A stretch of DNA of 64,000 nt from Terriglobia bacterium (GTDB lineage Bacteria > Acidobacteriota > Terriglobia > 20CM-2-55-15): NCBI GenBank assembly GCA_963664115.2, contig CAXWPJ010000009.1, positions 192,001 through 256,000 of the forward strand. Direction: 5' to 3'. Below, piece by piece: positions 38,578 through 49,622 of this stretch. The number at the start of each line of letters is the position of its first letter. Position 1 is the stretch's first letter. Under the pieces are notes generated by a model, which saw nothing but the letters and a program-made list of their open reading frames with translations, had not been told where the DNA came from and searched no databases. The position numbers and the translations under genes were made by a program.

Positions 38578-39147
38578 TTAAGCGCTCGCGGCCTCGGTAC
38601 CGGGTAACAGGTCTTTAGCAGTCATGATCGGATAAAAGGGATATCGTGATCGGACCGCCTCGGTTCCACCCTCTTCGCGGTCCACAACACACAGGGTAGC
38701 CGCGACCTTGTATCCCGCGGCTTCAACTTTGTCGCAGGCTTCCAGGATAGACCCGCCACTGGTGCAGACGTCGTCGACCACGATGACCCGTGATCCGGGG
38801 GATCCTGTCCATCCTTCAATCTGCCGTCTCGCTCCATGCTTCTTCGTCTCTTTGCGAACGATGAAAGCCGGGATCGGGGTTCCTTCGACTTCACTCACGA
38901 CGGCCACGGCGGCCGCTATCGGATCGGCCCCCAGGGTCAAGCCTCCGATGGCTTCGGCTTCAATTTCGTTGTCGCGAATTGCCCGGAGCAACAGCCGCGC
39001 TATCAGCAGCGCTCCACGCGGATGGAGCGTCGTAGTCCGGCAGTCGAGATAGTAAGAAGATTTCTTTCCGGAACTCAGTACGAACTCACCCAGCTGGAGA
39101 GAATGTTCGCGGATGACTTCAAGGAGGCCCTGGCGATCCTCATCCAT
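38578..39147 (-). CDS. pyrE: Orotate phosphoribosyltransferase
   Basis: FVLSSGKKSSYYLD, VRKETKKHG, VVDDVCTSGGS, VVDR. Confidence 0.96.
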   Translation of the reverse strand: MDEDRQGLLEVIREHSLQLGEFVLSSGKKSSYYLDCRTTTLHPRGALLIARLLLRAIRDNEIEAEAIGGLTLGADPIAAAVAVVSEVEGTPIPAFIVRKETKKHGARRQIEGWTGSPGSRVIVVDDVCTSGGSILEACDKVEAAGYKVAATLCVVDREEGGTEAVRSRYPFYPIMTAKDLLPGTEAASA

Positions 39148-39195
39148 GGGCCGAGTATATCACCGGCCAACAGACGGTCCTTCGAAGGCTCCCGG

Positions 39196-39882
39196 CTATT
39201 GTCCCTCCGGAGGATAAAGGGACCGCAGTGCGTCGGCGTCGCTGGGAGAGAGCCCGGAATGGGCCATGATATCTGCCCTGGTTTCCAACCTCCGCCGATA
39301 GCGAAGGAAATACTCGGTTAAATCCCCACCGTATCCAAACGAGTACATGATATCTGCGAATCGGTCCGTGTGCCCCAGGCCAAAGGCATGCCCGAGTTCG
39401 TGAACACACGTCAGGTACACAATCGTGTCACGGAGGAGTTTGTCTTCTCCGGCTCGAACGCTAAGTTCCCTCCCCAATTGAGAAGCGCCAGGCATCACGT
39501 ACACGAATGCGCCCGGCTTGCCGTTGACGCGAATATGCTGAGTTTCACCAAAAAGTCCCTGGTCCCCCGATACCCAGATGAGGCGGATGAGTGCTCCGCT
39601 TTCGGTTTCGGACGGCACGAAGCGCAAACGGCCACCGCTTTCCCGTGACCAAGCGTCGAGGGCCGCCCGGGCAAGCTCCCGGTCAGCGATCTGGTACCCG
39701 GGAATATCACGCCCGTCAGCAATAAAATAGGGAATCGGTTCGCTGGCGTCGAGGGGATCGGGCTCCGGAAATATATTTCGCTGTCCGAATTCGCTTTCGG
39801 CAAGGGCCGGTCCGGAACCGATAGCGACCGCCAAGCCTAAGGCAAATGGTCGAGAGAAGTTCATCTGTGAACGGCCCCGCAT
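39196..39882 (-). CDS. Matrixin-like zinc metalloprotease
   Basis: HELGHAFGLGH plus Met-turn DIMY. Signal peptide. Confidence 0.88.
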   Translation of the reverse strand: MRGRSQMNFSRPFALGLAVAIGSGPALAESEFGQRNIFPEPDPLDASEPIPYFIADGRDIPGYQIADRELARAALDAWSRESGGRLRFVPSETESGALIRLIWVSGDQGLFGETQHIRVNGKPGAFVYVMPGASQLGRELSVRAGEDKLLRDTIVYLTCVHELGHAFGLGHTDRFADIMYSFGYGGDLTEYFLRYRRRLETRADIMAHSGLSPSDADALRSLYPPEGQ

Positions 39883-40135
39883 CCGCGAAAGTATACCATT
39901 GGGATCTGGACGGGAATCAAGGCGTGCCTCTTGCCGAATTTCTCAATTCTAAGTCTAAAAAAGGATCGTTTTGCGTATCCTCTGGTGAAATCAGCCTGAC
40001 ACTTATGGTACAAAAGAAACAGGCATTTAGTTTAGAACGTTCCGGTCTTAAGCATGTTCGACACTCCAACCTGTGATCTTACGGAGACACGCCGAAGGCC
40101 GCCTTTAATTCCGCAAACTACCGGACAAAAATTGC

Positions 40136-41692
40136 ATGAATGATTCAGTACTTCTGCGTCGAGTACGCAACATCTACCGCAACCTGCCGACGGCGACCAA
40201 CTACGAACACATTATTCGCAGAGGTGAGGCCCGCATCGCACACCGGGGTCCTATCGTGGCTCATACCGGAGCCCGGACCGGGCGTTCTCCGAAAGACAAA
40301 TTCATCACGATGGAACCCTCATGCGCGGACAAGGTGTGGTGGGGCGAAATCAACCAGCCATTCTTAACGGAACGATTCGACGCATTGCTCCACAGGGTAG
40401 AGGGCTACCTTCAGGGAAAGGACGTCTACGTTCAGGATTGCTTTGTCGGAGCGGATCCCGACTACCGTATCCCGATCGAGGTCATTACGGAAGATGCCTG
40501 GCAGGGGCAGTTTGCGCGAAATCTCTTTCCGCGCCGGACGACGAACGAGCCCGCGGAGTTCACAATCATCAGCCTGCCGAACTTTCATGCCATGCCGGAC
40601 CACGACGGGACGAACTCGGAAGCTTTCGTTCTCATGAATTTTGCCAAGAAAATGGTCCTGATCGCGGGAACGGCTTATGCCGGTGAGATCAAGAAGTCGG
40701 CTTTCACGATCATGAACTATCTGATGCCGGAGAAAGGCGTTTTTCCCATGCACAGCTCGGCCAATATCGGAAAAGACGGATCCACAGCCGTTCTCTTTGG
40801 CCTTTCAGGAACCGGCAAAACGACGCTGTCCGCGGATCCCGAGCGCCGGCTGATCGGCGACGACGAACACGGATGGAGCGACAACGGTATATTCAACTTC
40901 GAAAGCGGCTGCTACGCCAAAGTGATTCGACTCTCTGCCGAAGCGGAACCGGACATCTACCGGGCAACGGGCCGCTTCGGCACTGTCCTGGAAAACGTCG
41001 TTCTTGACGAAGAAACGCGGACTCTTGATCTGGACGACGACTCGATTACGGAGAATACGCGGGCGGCCTATCCTCTCACCTATATCAGAAACAGTGAAAA
41101 GAGCGGGCTGGGCCCTCACCCGAAGAACATCATCATGCTGACTGCCGATGCGTTTGGAGTTCTTCCGCCAGTCGCGCGTCTGACACCTGAACAGGCGATG
41201 TACCACTTCATTTCAGGATACACGGCCAAGGTTGCCGGGACCGAGGCCGGGATGGGCAAAGAGCCGCAGGCGACCTTCAGTACTTGTTTCGGCGCACCCT
41301 TCATGGTGCTCCATCCCACCGTTTATGGGAATCTGCTGCGTGACCGGATCGAACAGCACAATGTCGATTGCTGGCTGATCAATACCGGCTGGACTGGCGG
41401 ACCCTATGGCGTGGGAACCCGAATGAAAATCGCTCACACCCGTGCCATGGTGAGTGCGGTTCTCGATGGGATCTTGAAAGACGTTCCAACCGAAGCCGAC
41501 CCGATCTTCAACCTTCAGATTCCGAAAACATGTCCCGGAGTTCCCGAAGAAGTGCTGAATCCGCGCAATACCTGGACGGACAAGGACGCTTACGATGCCA
41601 AGGCCCGGGATCTGGCCAATCGATTCAAGGAAAATTTCCGGACATTTGCCGACGACATGGCTGATGAAGTCGTTGCTGCGGGGCCCCAGTAA
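40136..41692 (+). CDS. pckA: Phosphoenolpyruvate carboxykinase (ATP)
   Basis: TGRSPKDK, YAGEIKK, FGLSGTGKTTLS, LIGDDEHGW, ENTRAAYP. Confidence 0.97.
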   Translation: MNDSVLLRRVRNIYRNLPTATNYEHIIRRGEARIAHRGPIVAHTGARTGRSPKDKFITMEPSCADKVWWGEINQPFLTERFDALLHRVEGYLQGKDVYVQDCFVGADPDYRIPIEVITEDAWQGQFARNLFPRRTTNEPAEFTIISLPNFHAMPDHDGTNSEAFVLMNFAKKMVLIAGTAYAGEIKKSAFTIMNYLMPEKGVFPMHSSANIGKDGSTAVLFGLSGTGKTTLSADPERRLIGDDEHGWSDNGIFNFESGCYAKVIRLSAEAEPDIYRATGRFGTVLENVVLDEETRTLDLDDDSITENTRAAYPLTYIRNSEKSGLGPHPKNIIMLTADAFGVLPPVARLTPEQAMYHFISGYTAKVAGTEAGMGKEPQATFSTCFGAPFMVLHPTVYGNLLRDRIEQHNVDCWLINTGWTGGPYGVGTRMKIAHTRAMVSAVLDGILKDVPTEADPIFNLQIPKTCPGVPEEVLNPRNTWTDKDAYDAKARDLANRFKENFRTFADDMADEVVAAGPQ

Positions 41693-41712
41693 TCGAACGG
41701 CACCACAACGAT

Positions 41713-42480
41713 ATGTTGCTGGAAGGCAAGACGGGCCTGATCATGGGCGTGGCCAACAAGCGGAGTATCGCCTGGGGCGTCGCCCAGTCCACACACCAGG
41801 CTGGAGCTCGGCTGGTACTGAGCTACCAGAATGATCGGCTGGGCGAAAACGTCCGAAAGTTGGCGCCGGAACTCAACGAACCGCTTCTCCTGCCCTGCGA
41901 CGTTCAGAACGATGACGAGATCGATCGCCTCATGGAGAGCATCCAGACCGAGGTCGGCGGTCTGGACTTTGTCGTTCATGCCCTGGCCTTCGCGCCTCGG
42001 GAAGCCCTGACAGGATCGTTCGCGGACACGTCGCGCGAGGCGTTCCACACGGCGCTCGACGTCAGCGCCTACTCTCTCGTTGCCCTATCTCGCCGGGCGG
42101 CTCCTTTGATGACGGATCGTGACGGCAGCATCATGACGCTTACCTATCTTGGCGCCGAGCGCGTTGTCCCGGGTTATAACGTGATGGGGGTTGCCAAAGC
42201 TGCCCTGGAAGCGTCGGTCCGCTACCTTGCCAACGATCTGGGACCTGCCGGCATTCGTGTCAACGCGATATCAGCTGGCCCGATTCGCACGCTGGCCTCT
42301 TCTGCTGTCTCGGGCATTACCAGCATGGTCAGGATGCATGCAGAGAAGGCGCCTCTCCGTAGAGCAACCGAAACGGGCGAAGTGGGCGATACGGCCGTGT
42401 TTCTGGCAAGCACGTTGTCGCGTGGAATAACGGGGGAAGTTATCTATGTGGACGGTGGCTACCACGTCCTCGGTGTCTGA
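41713..42480 (+). CDS. fabI: Enoyl-ACP reductase
   Basis: GVANKRSIAWG, YNVMGVAKAALE, SAGPIRTLA. Confidence 0.96.
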   Translation: MLLEGKTGLIMGVANKRSIAWGVAQSTHQAGARLVLSYQNDRLGENVRKLAPELNEPLLLPCDVQNDDEIDRLMESIQTEVGGLDFVVHALAFAPREALTGSFADTSREAFHTALDVSAYSLVALSRRAAPLMTDRDGSIMTLTYLGAERVVPGYNVMGVAKAALEASVRYLANDLGPAGIRVNAISAGPIRTLASSAVSGITSMVRMHAEKAPLRRATETGEVGDTAVFLASTLSRGITGEVIYVDGGYHVLGV

Positions 42481-42585
42481 ACCGACGCCGACCATGACTC
42501 ACAATGGCTCAGTTGGTTAAAGTGGGGTCCGCACGGTAGGGGCGGACTACCCGGTATCTTGGAAGTGTTGAAGGGATGCTTTGGG

Positions 42586-43728
42586 GTGAAGCAGACATTT
42601 GCCAACGTTATTGTCGCAGTTCTCTTCGTTGGGTTCACGCCTCACAATTTCCTGGCAGCGCCCGTTCAATCTCCGCCGGAAGAGACAGGGTCCACCTACG
42701 ACGACATCTGGAAATTCTCCCAGTGGTACGAGAACGAAGGTAACGCCGTAATCCAGAGTCTGCTTTTCAGCGGACGGTTCCAATACGAGTACGCGTCAGT
42801 CAGCGACGATACTGCGTCGCACTCGGAGTGGAATGTCCGCCGCTTCCGCCTGGGTATGAGGACGAGACTATTCGGCCAGTTCACGCTTCACACCGAAGCG
42901 GAGTTCAATCCGCAGGAAAGAGACCCGATTTATGTGAAGCTTACGGATTTTTATCTGGAGTGGAGCCGAAGTGATCGGGTAGCGCTGACCCTCGGCAAGC
43001 AAAGCGTCGGGTTCACGGTGGAGGGTTCGAGGTCATCAAAGGAACTCCTGACCATCGACCGCAGCAGCCTGGCCAACAACCTGTGGTTTACTCAGGAGTA
43101 CATGTCAGGCGTCAGCGTATCGGGTACACTCTCGCATTGGGTCTATCGCGCAGGTGGGTACTCCGCAGGTGAAGCCAACCGCGAATTCGGCAGATTCAAC
43201 GGAAGCTACTTTGGCCTGGCGGTCATCGGCTACGATTTTGCAGACTCGCTGGGAGTGAAGAAGGCTTTGCTGGCCGGCAACTACGTCTATCAGAATCCGG
43301 ACCCGCGCAACACCTCCACACGACAGTTTCAGCACGTGACGTCCGCCAATTTCGAATTTGAAGACGACAGATGGGGCATCCAAACGGATCTAAGTTCGGG
43401 AGCCGGCTACCTCGGACAGAGCGATCTATGGGGTGTGATGGCCATGCCGTTCGTCAACGTGACCCGCAAGTTTCAGGTCGTCGGCCGCCACGCCTACGTG
43501 AAAAGCGGGAACCCGAATGGAGTCAGGCTGGCACGATACGAAAACCAGATAACTTCCGGTCGGGGAGACGAATACCGCGAATCGTATCTGGGTGTTAATT
43601 ACTACTTCTACGGCCACAAGCTGAAGCTTCAGAGTGGCGTGCAGTTTGGAAAGATGAGCGACAGCGCCAACGACGGTGGAGCCTACTCGGGGGTTTCGGC
43701 GACAACAGGTCTTCGAGTAAGTTGGTAA
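42586..43728 (+). CDS. Phosphate-selective porin (OprO/P-like) family
   Basis: GRFQYE, VRRFRLG, SSKELLTIDRS, GVNYYFYGHKLKLQ, terminal W. Start position uncertain. Confidence 0.8.
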   Translation: MKQTFANVIVAVLFVGFTPHNFLAAPVQSPPEETGSTYDDIWKFSQWYENEGNAVIQSLLFSGRFQYEYASVSDDTASHSEWNVRRFRLGMRTRLFGQFTLHTEAEFNPQERDPIYVKLTDFYLEWSRSDRVALTLGKQSVGFTVEGSRSSKELLTIDRSSLANNLWFTQEYMSGVSVSGTLSHWVYRAGGYSAGEANREFGRFNGSYFGLAVIGYDFADSLGVKKALLAGNYVYQNPDPRNTSTRQFQHVTSANFEFEDDRWGIQTDLSSGAGYLGQSDLWGVMAMPFVNVTRKFQVVGRHAYVKSGNPNGVRLARYENQITSGRGDEYRESYLGVNYYFYGHKLKLQSGVQFGKMSDSANDGGAYSGVSATTGLRVSW

Positions 43729-43824
43729 GGTCTCCCGGGATCTAGCAGCCCGAGGTGAATGTCGCTTATGGCTTCAGTACCGCGGGGCGGTGCTAAGAGC
43801 CGGCGAAAACTTCCGGAAGAGTGT

Positions 43825-44832
43825 CTACTCGACTGTTTGCAAAACCTTCTCTTCGCCCTGGATCGGGACAGATGCGATTCCGTCCTGTGGCGCACGCCAG
43901 TGATCGATCACCGACACTTTTTGAACACAGCCAATCGTACATCGCGGCGCACACGGTTTCTTCGTATAGAACTCCCGGCGGATATCTTCAGCCGTGTAGT
44001 CTGCGAGAGGGATTCCGGGATAGCCGCGCTGCTGTGAACAATAGTGAACCAATCCGTCCTCGCAGATATAGAGATACCGGGCACCGGCGCGGCAGTGCCA
44101 TTCGTTCGGTTTTCCGTTAGCGAGGTTTTCCTGGAACCAGTTCAGGCGCGTATAGCTCGTATTACCGTAACTGCGTATCTTTCGATACACACGCTCTTCC
44201 ATATTCTCGAGAGCCTTTACCTGCCCCGAGCCGTCATGAATAATCCCCAACGACGTCGAGAAACCAAGGTGTTGCGCTACGTCCGTGATGTGAAGCGCGT
44301 CTTCGGGAGTCTTGATGCCACCGCCGATTACGGAATTGATGTTCACATCAAATTCGGCATGCTCGGCCAGGTTTTCGAGCTTCGTTTTTAGAACTTTCAA
44401 GCTCTTCATCGACACTTCGTCCGGCTCAATGTTGTCGATACTGATCTGCAAATATTCCAGACCGGCATCGTTGAGCGCCCGGATCTTGTCTGGAACCAGC
44501 AGATAACCATTGGTAATCAGCCCGGCGATCATTTTCCGATCGCGAATCCTGGCGATGATCGTCTCGATCTCCGGATGCATCAGCGGTTCACCACCACTGA
44601 TCGTGATAATCGATGTCCCGAGTTCGGCTAATTTGTCGAGCCGTCGGCCCATCTCTTCGGTGGGGACGGGTGGTGAAAAATCGTCATATTCGTTGCAGTA
44701 CGCGCAGGCCAGATTGCACCGTCGTATTGGAATGATATGAGCCAGGAGAGGATGCCGGGTGGAGGCGAGCCCACGCACGATCATCTGAGTTTCACGCCAG
44801 CGTAGCCGGAGTCTATTCTTCTTATTTATCAT
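43825..44832 (-). CDS. Radical SAM protein with Cys-rich C-terminal extension
   Basis: [14 protein letters not shown]-terminal C...C...C...CxxxCxxxC. Confidence 0.92.
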   Translation of the reverse strand: MINKKNRLRLRWRETQMIVRGLASTRHPLLAHIIPIRRCNLACAYCNEYDDFSPPVPTEEMGRRLDKLAELGTSIITISGGEPLMHPEIETIIARIRDRKMIAGLITNGYLLVPDKIRALNDAGLEYLQISIDNIEPDEVSMKSLKVLKTKLENLAEHAEFDVNINSVIGGGIKTPEDALHITDVAQHLGFSTSLGIIHDGSGQVKALENMEERVYRKIRSYGNTSYTRLNWFQENLANGKPNEWHCRAGARYLYICEDGLVHYCSQQRGYPGIPLADYTAEDIRREFYTKKPCAPRCTIGCVQKVSVIDHWRAPQDGIASVPIQGEEKVLQTVE

Positions 44833-44939
44833 CAACAAAAACCAGGACAAATCATCCGCGAATAATCTGTAAGATAGCACAATCGAGATACTTAACCCGC
44901 AGCCCGAACAGAGCGCAAATAGCAGATAATGGAGATCTG

Positions 44940-46742
44940 ATGGAACTTCGTTTCCAATGGAAATTCACTCTGGGCGTCGAACCGGAGCGGTTATGGCAGT
45001 ATATCGCCGACACCGGGAGCCTGAACGAAGCCGCCGGACTGCCCGAATGGAAGCTCCAGTACATCCCCGAAGATGACGGCGGTTCGCGGCAGGTCGGGGA
45101 GACCCGATATATGGGCTGGCGCCTGAAGTGGGACGAGCACCCCTTCGAATGGATCGAAGGCCGGCGATTTGAAGTCCTGAGGGTCTACCACAACGGACCC
45201 GTACGCTGGTTCCGGTTGGCCGTGCGTCTTTCACCCGTCGACGGTGGGTCACTGTTGGAGCAAGACATCACGGTGGAACCGCGATGGTTACTGATGGCCC
45301 CCGGAATTTATTGGGACCTCGGGTACCGGTCACGCAATCGCTTCAAACGCGTCTATCAAAAAATTGATGCCTATCTGAGGGGGCAGGCCGAGACGCCATT
45401 CCGGCCATCACATTCCAACCCTATCCCCAGAGATCGCGTGGAGCGGCTCGAACGACGTTTGCAGACCGTTGACGGCTCGGAGTATTTGCCGCACTTACTG
45501 AATGCTTTGGAAACGCATTCCGATACAGAACTGCACCGTATGCGTGCTTTTGCCTTCGCAGACGAATGGGGCGCCGATCGCGTCCGTGTCCTGAAGCTGT
45601 TTCTGCACGCGGTTACCGCGGGGCTATTGGATGTGTCCTGGGATGTCATCTGTCCAAGTTGCAGAGGGGCGAAGGTGCGGACTTCGAAGCTGAGAGACCT
45701 CCGCAAGGAAGCACATTGTGACGCCTGTAACATACGGTACTCCGCTGATTTTGCCGAGTCCGTCGAGCTTACGTTTCTCCCCAGTCCGGGCATTCGCAAG
45801 GTCGAGGTGACGGATTATTGCAGCGGTGGCCCAATGAGGGCACCTCACGTCGTCGTGCAGCAGCAGATTCCCTCCGGAGACACCCGAGCCATAACGCTCG
45901 CACTCAAGCCGTGGCAGTACAGGCTTCGATCATTGAAGCTTCCAACTCATATGGAGCTCAAGGTCGGAAGCGAATTCGACGTGGCCGGTGTAACGGCAAT
46001 TCTGGAACCCGCGGGAATAGCACCGGAGGAGACATTTCAAGGCGAAGAATTTACATTGACGATCCAGAACAACACTGAAAACACGCACACCGTGATGCTC
46101 GAGAGAACCTCGGAATCAGAACAGGCAACGACCGCAGCTTTCGTCACTACAATGTCGGAGTTCCGTTCCCTGTTCGCGTCTGAAGTCCTCGCACCGGATA
46201 CGCAGGTTCGTACTGGAACCCTTTGCCTGATGTTCACCGATCTGAGGGGATCGACTTCGATGTATGAGGCAGTCGGCGATACCTCAGCCTATGCTCGCGT
46301 CCGTCAACACTTTGAAATACTGCGTGAAGTGGTCGGAGCCCACGGAGGGACATTTGTCAAAACCATCGGCGACGCGGTCATGGCTGCTTTCACAGATCCG
46401 TCCGGGGCACTGGGCGCAGCTTTTGAGATGCACGATCGAATGCGGCCGGAAAACGAACAGCACTCCCCGCCCCTGACTCTGAAGATCGGTCTCCACCAGG
46501 GCCCCTGCTTCGCGGTTAATATGAACGAGAACCTGGACTATTTCGGCACCACCGTCAACATTGCGGCGCGGGTTCAGAAAGCAAGTCTGGGAGGCGACAT
46601 CATGGTGACAGACGAGATCTATAACGACCATGCGACCACGGAATTGCTATCCGGGCGAGCGCACGTTCACGAACAACTTGAGATTGAAATTCGAGGACTC
46701 GCAGGAACCCGGCACGCTCACCGGATAACGCCGAGGTTCTGA
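44940..46742 (+). CDS. SRPBCC + DUF5939-like + class III nucleotide cyclase
   Basis: [39 protein letters not shown]. Confidence 0.9.
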   Translation: MELRFQWKFTLGVEPERLWQYIADTGSLNEAAGLPEWKLQYIPEDDGGSRQVGETRYMGWRLKWDEHPFEWIEGRRFEVLRVYHNGPVRWFRLAVRLSPVDGGSLLEQDITVEPRWLLMAPGIYWDLGYRSRNRFKRVYQKIDAYLRGQAETPFRPSHSNPIPRDRVERLERRLQTVDGSEYLPHLLNALETHSDTELHRMRAFAFADEWGADRVRVLKLFLHAVTAGLLDVSWDVICPSCRGAKVRTSKLRDLRKEAHCDACNIRYSADFAESVELTFLPSPGIRKVEVTDYCSGGPMRAPHVVVQQQIPSGDTRAITLALKPWQYRLRSLKLPTHMELKVGSEFDVAGVTAILEPAGIAPEETFQGEEFTLTIQNNTENTHTVMLERTSESEQATTAAFVTTMSEFRSLFASEVLAPDTQVRTGTLCLMFTDLRGSTSMYEAVGDTSAYARVRQHFEILREVVGAHGGTFVKTIGDAVMAAFTDPSGALGAAFEMHDRMRPENEQHSPPLTLKIGLHQGPCFAVNMNENLDYFGTTVNIAARVQKASLGGDIMVTDEIYNDHATTELLSGRAHVHEQLEIEIRGLAGTRHAHRITPRF

Positions 46743-46761
46743 GCAAAAACGTGCCGACCCC

Positions 46762-48234
46762 TCATTCGTCTTCAATTAGATCGCCTTCGGTGTCGTAAAC
46801 GTCGACAGGCCCGTATTGCTCCATGACCTCGCGAATCTCGCTCGCATCCCCAACGACGACGATCTGAATGGTTTCAGGATTCAGATACTTCTCGGCCATA
46901 CTCTGAACCAATGCAGGGGTCACCGCCATGACTTGTTCCGGGTAGGTCTCCCAGTAGTCCGGTTCAAAACCATAGATCTCACGCGTCGTCGAATAGTTGA
47001 GGAGACTCGTGGGGCGTTCCAATGACAGAGCAAACCTGGCCACGATAGATCGTTTGACCTCTTCCAGTTCAGCCGCGGCCACCGGCTCATCCCTCATACG
47101 TCCCAGTTCATAAAGGAATTCGGTCATGCCTCCATCGGTGACTTCGGTGCGCACATCTGCCGATGCCCGCCAGGATCCGGGATACTTCAGTGCGGAAAAG
47201 AAACTGTAGGCACCATAGGTATAGCCTTTTTCCTCGCGGAGGTTCAGAAAAAGGCGGGCGGATGGACCGCCCCCGAGGACTGCATTCATGACCGTGAGTG
47301 GAATGTAGTCGGGATCGCGACGGTCCAGTGCCAGACCACCCATGTAAATAGTCGTCTGCGCAGAATCTGGGCGATCGACGAGATATATCTGCCCCACCGC
47401 CGGCGCTTCCGGATTTGGGGGTAATTGGGCAACGAAGTCGCTCCGTTCCCAGTCAGCGAGCCGGTCATTCAATAGGGAAACGATGTCGCTAGCATCGACG
47501 TCACCGGCAATACTGAGGATGGAATTCTGAGGGGCATACCGTTCCCGGTGCCATTGGGCGATAATTTCGGTCGACATCGCGTCGAGCGAAGCCTCTGTCG
47601 CCGACCGCGTCGCGGCGGGATGGTCGCCGAAAACCGCCGCACTGAATCGTTCGTTGGCCAGGAACCCTGATGACGTGCGTTGCTGGCGCAGTCCGGCTCT
47701 CTGCTCCTGACGGAGACGTTCGAACTCAGACTCGGGAAAGGTCGGGTTCAATAGAATGTCGCGCATGACCTCAAACCATTCTTCCATGTTGCGGCTCAAT
47801 CCTGAGGCGCTGACGCTGGCTGCCTCTGAACCGAAGGCCGACGAACTGTTTAGATTCGCCCCGAGTCGAGCGACTTGCTCGAGAATATCGCTATTGGATC
47901 GGTTCGTGGTCCCCTCACGCAACATCCTCGCGGTCATTGCGGCAACACCCGCAAGGTCCCTGGACTCATACAAAGGCCCCGCACCGCTGATGGTCAGTTG
48001 CATTGTCACGATCGGCGAGCGGTCATCCTCCAGAACCAATACCCTCAAACCGTTGTCTAAGGTAGTTTGGACGGCGCGCGGGAGCGTCACCTGAAGTACT
48101 TCATCGGAAACCGGTGCCAGGTTCTTACGGACCACGGAGGAGGTGTCAGGCGCAGCGATGTCCTGAGCAATTGTGGCCGTCGGGCAAACGACAATAGCTA
48201 AGACAAGACACACACTGCCCCTCAGGCACATCAC
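46762..48234 (-). CDS. M16 peptidase, non-catalytic subunit
   Basis: M16 fold lacking HXXEH, with RLFLNLREEKGYTYG. Confidence 0.92.
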   Translation of the reverse strand: MMCLRGSVCLVLAIVVCPTATIAQDIAAPDTSSVVRKNLAPVSDEVLQVTLPRAVQTTLDNGLRVLVLEDDRSPIVTMQLTISGAGPLYESRDLAGVAAMTARMLREGTTNRSNSDILEQVARLGANLNSSSAFGSEAASVSASGLSRNMEEWFEVMRDILLNPTFPESEFERLRQEQRAGLRQQRTSSGFLANERFSAAVFGDHPAATRSATEASLDAMSTEIIAQWHRERYAPQNSILSIAGDVDASDIVSLLNDRLADWERSDFVAQLPPNPEAPAVGQIYLVDRPDSAQTTIYMGGLALDRRDPDYIPLTVMNAVLGGGPSARLFLNLREEKGYTYGAYSFFSALKYPGSWRASADVRTEVTDGGMTEFLYELGRMRDEPVAAAELEEVKRSIVARFALSLERPTSLLNYSTTREIYGFEPDYWETYPEQVMAVTPALVQSMAEKYLNPETIQIVVVGDASEIREVMEQYGPVDVYDTEGDLIEDE

Positions 48235-49586
48235 TGAACACCCCCTCCAGAAGGGCGGCCGGTCCGCGCTTGAGGTAGCGTTGTCACCACCGTCCGGTTG
48301 GTCTCTTTCAGGTAGATTTCCGCAGATGACCGGACCTCCTCCTTCGTAACCCCGTCAAACCGTTCCTGAAAAGTATTGATCAACCCCGGATCGTTATAAA
48401 ACACAGTGTTTTGGGCCAGCGCGTTGGCGCGGGCGCGCGTGCTCTGCAGCCGTTGTGCATTCTGCCGTTCGATTTGAGCCCGAACTTTCTCCATCTCCCA
48501 ATCTTCGACAAGTTCGGATTTCAGTTTTTCAATTTCCTCATAGATCACCGCCTCGAGGGCTTCAAGCTCAATGCCGGGTCTGGGAGTTGCGGTAATCGAA
48601 AACAAAGAAGGTCCGCGTCGTTCACCCAGTCTTGCACGGACGTTGAGGGCCACCTGTTCCTCCTGGACCAACCTCTTGTACAGACGTCCGGACTGTCCGC
48701 CGCCTAGGATGTCTCCCAGCACGGAGAGAATGTACCAGTCGCCGGTGTTGCCTGCGGGTGCCTTGAAGGCCAGGTCCAGTCTCGGCAACCTGGCAAACTT
48801 GTCCTGAAGCGTGACACGCTTCTCTGCTGTTTGCTGGGGCTCGGAAATGAGTAGCTCCAGTGGGGCGGGCTGCGACGGGATATCCCCAAAGTATTCTTCG
48901 ATTCTGGCCAGGGCTTCTTCAGTGTCGAAATCTCCAACCAGGGCCAGTACGGCGTTGTTGGGCGCGTAGTACTGCCTGAAAAAATCCTCGACATCGAATA
49001 GCGTCGCCGCGTCGAGATCCTCCATAGAACCAATCGTGGAATGACTGTACGCAAACGACTCGTAAGCCGTTTCGTTCAGAGTCAAAAATGTCCGGCCGTA
49101 GGGCGCGTTGTCATAGCCGCGCCGGCGTTCTTCCTTTACGGTCTGCCGCTGATTCTCGAGGGTCGCTTCGGAGATGTCCAGGGATCGCATCCGGTCAGCT
49201 TCCAGGAACAAGCCGAGGTCAAGCTGATTCGCGGGCAGCGTTTCGAAATAGTTGGTCCGATCGACACTGGTCGTGCCGTTCATGCTACCGCCGTTGTTCT
49301 GGATCAAAATGAAATGTTCGCCCTTCCCGACGTTCTCCGAACCCTGGAACATCATGTGTTCGAACAAGTGAGCGAAACCGGTCTTACCCGGTCGTTCGTT
49401 GCGCGAACCCACGTCGTAAACCACACAGATGGAATAGGTCGGTGCGGAATGATCCTCGGAGAGAATGATCCGGAGCCCGTTGTCCAGACGAAACACCTCG
49501 AAAGGGACTTCGAACGATTGGGCCTCTACATCCGGACTTACGCAGATAAACAACGCGAACGCGCAGAGAAGGACTCTCTTCAACAT
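48231..49586 (-). CDS. M16 peptidase, catalytic subunit
   Basis: GFAHLFEHMMF, NGTT..DRTNY, EERR. Confidence 0.95.
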   Translation of the reverse strand: MLKRVLLCAFALFICVSPDVEAQSFEVPFEVFRLDNGLRIILSEDHSAPTYSICVVYDVGSRNERPGKTGFAHLFEHMMFQGSENVGKGEHFILIQNNGGSMNGTTSVDRTNYFETLPANQLDLGLFLEADRMRSLDISEATLENQRQTVKEERRRGYDNAPYGRTFLTLNETAYESFAYSHSTIGSMEDLDAATLFDVEDFFRQYYAPNNAVLALVGDFDTEEALARIEEYFGDIPSQPAPLELLISEPQQTAEKRVTLQDKFARLPRLDLAFKAPAGNTGDWYILSVLGDILGGGQSGRLYKRLVQEEQVALNVRARLGERRGPSLFSITATPRPGIELEALEAVIYEEIEKLKSELVEDWEMEKVRAQIERQNAQRLQSTRARANALAQNTVFYNDPGLINTFQERFDGVTKEEVRSSAEIYLKETNRTVVTTLPQARTGRPSGGGVQ

Positions 49587-49622
49587 GCTTTCACCTCAAA
49601 ATGACAGGAAATGCCAGCCAGT

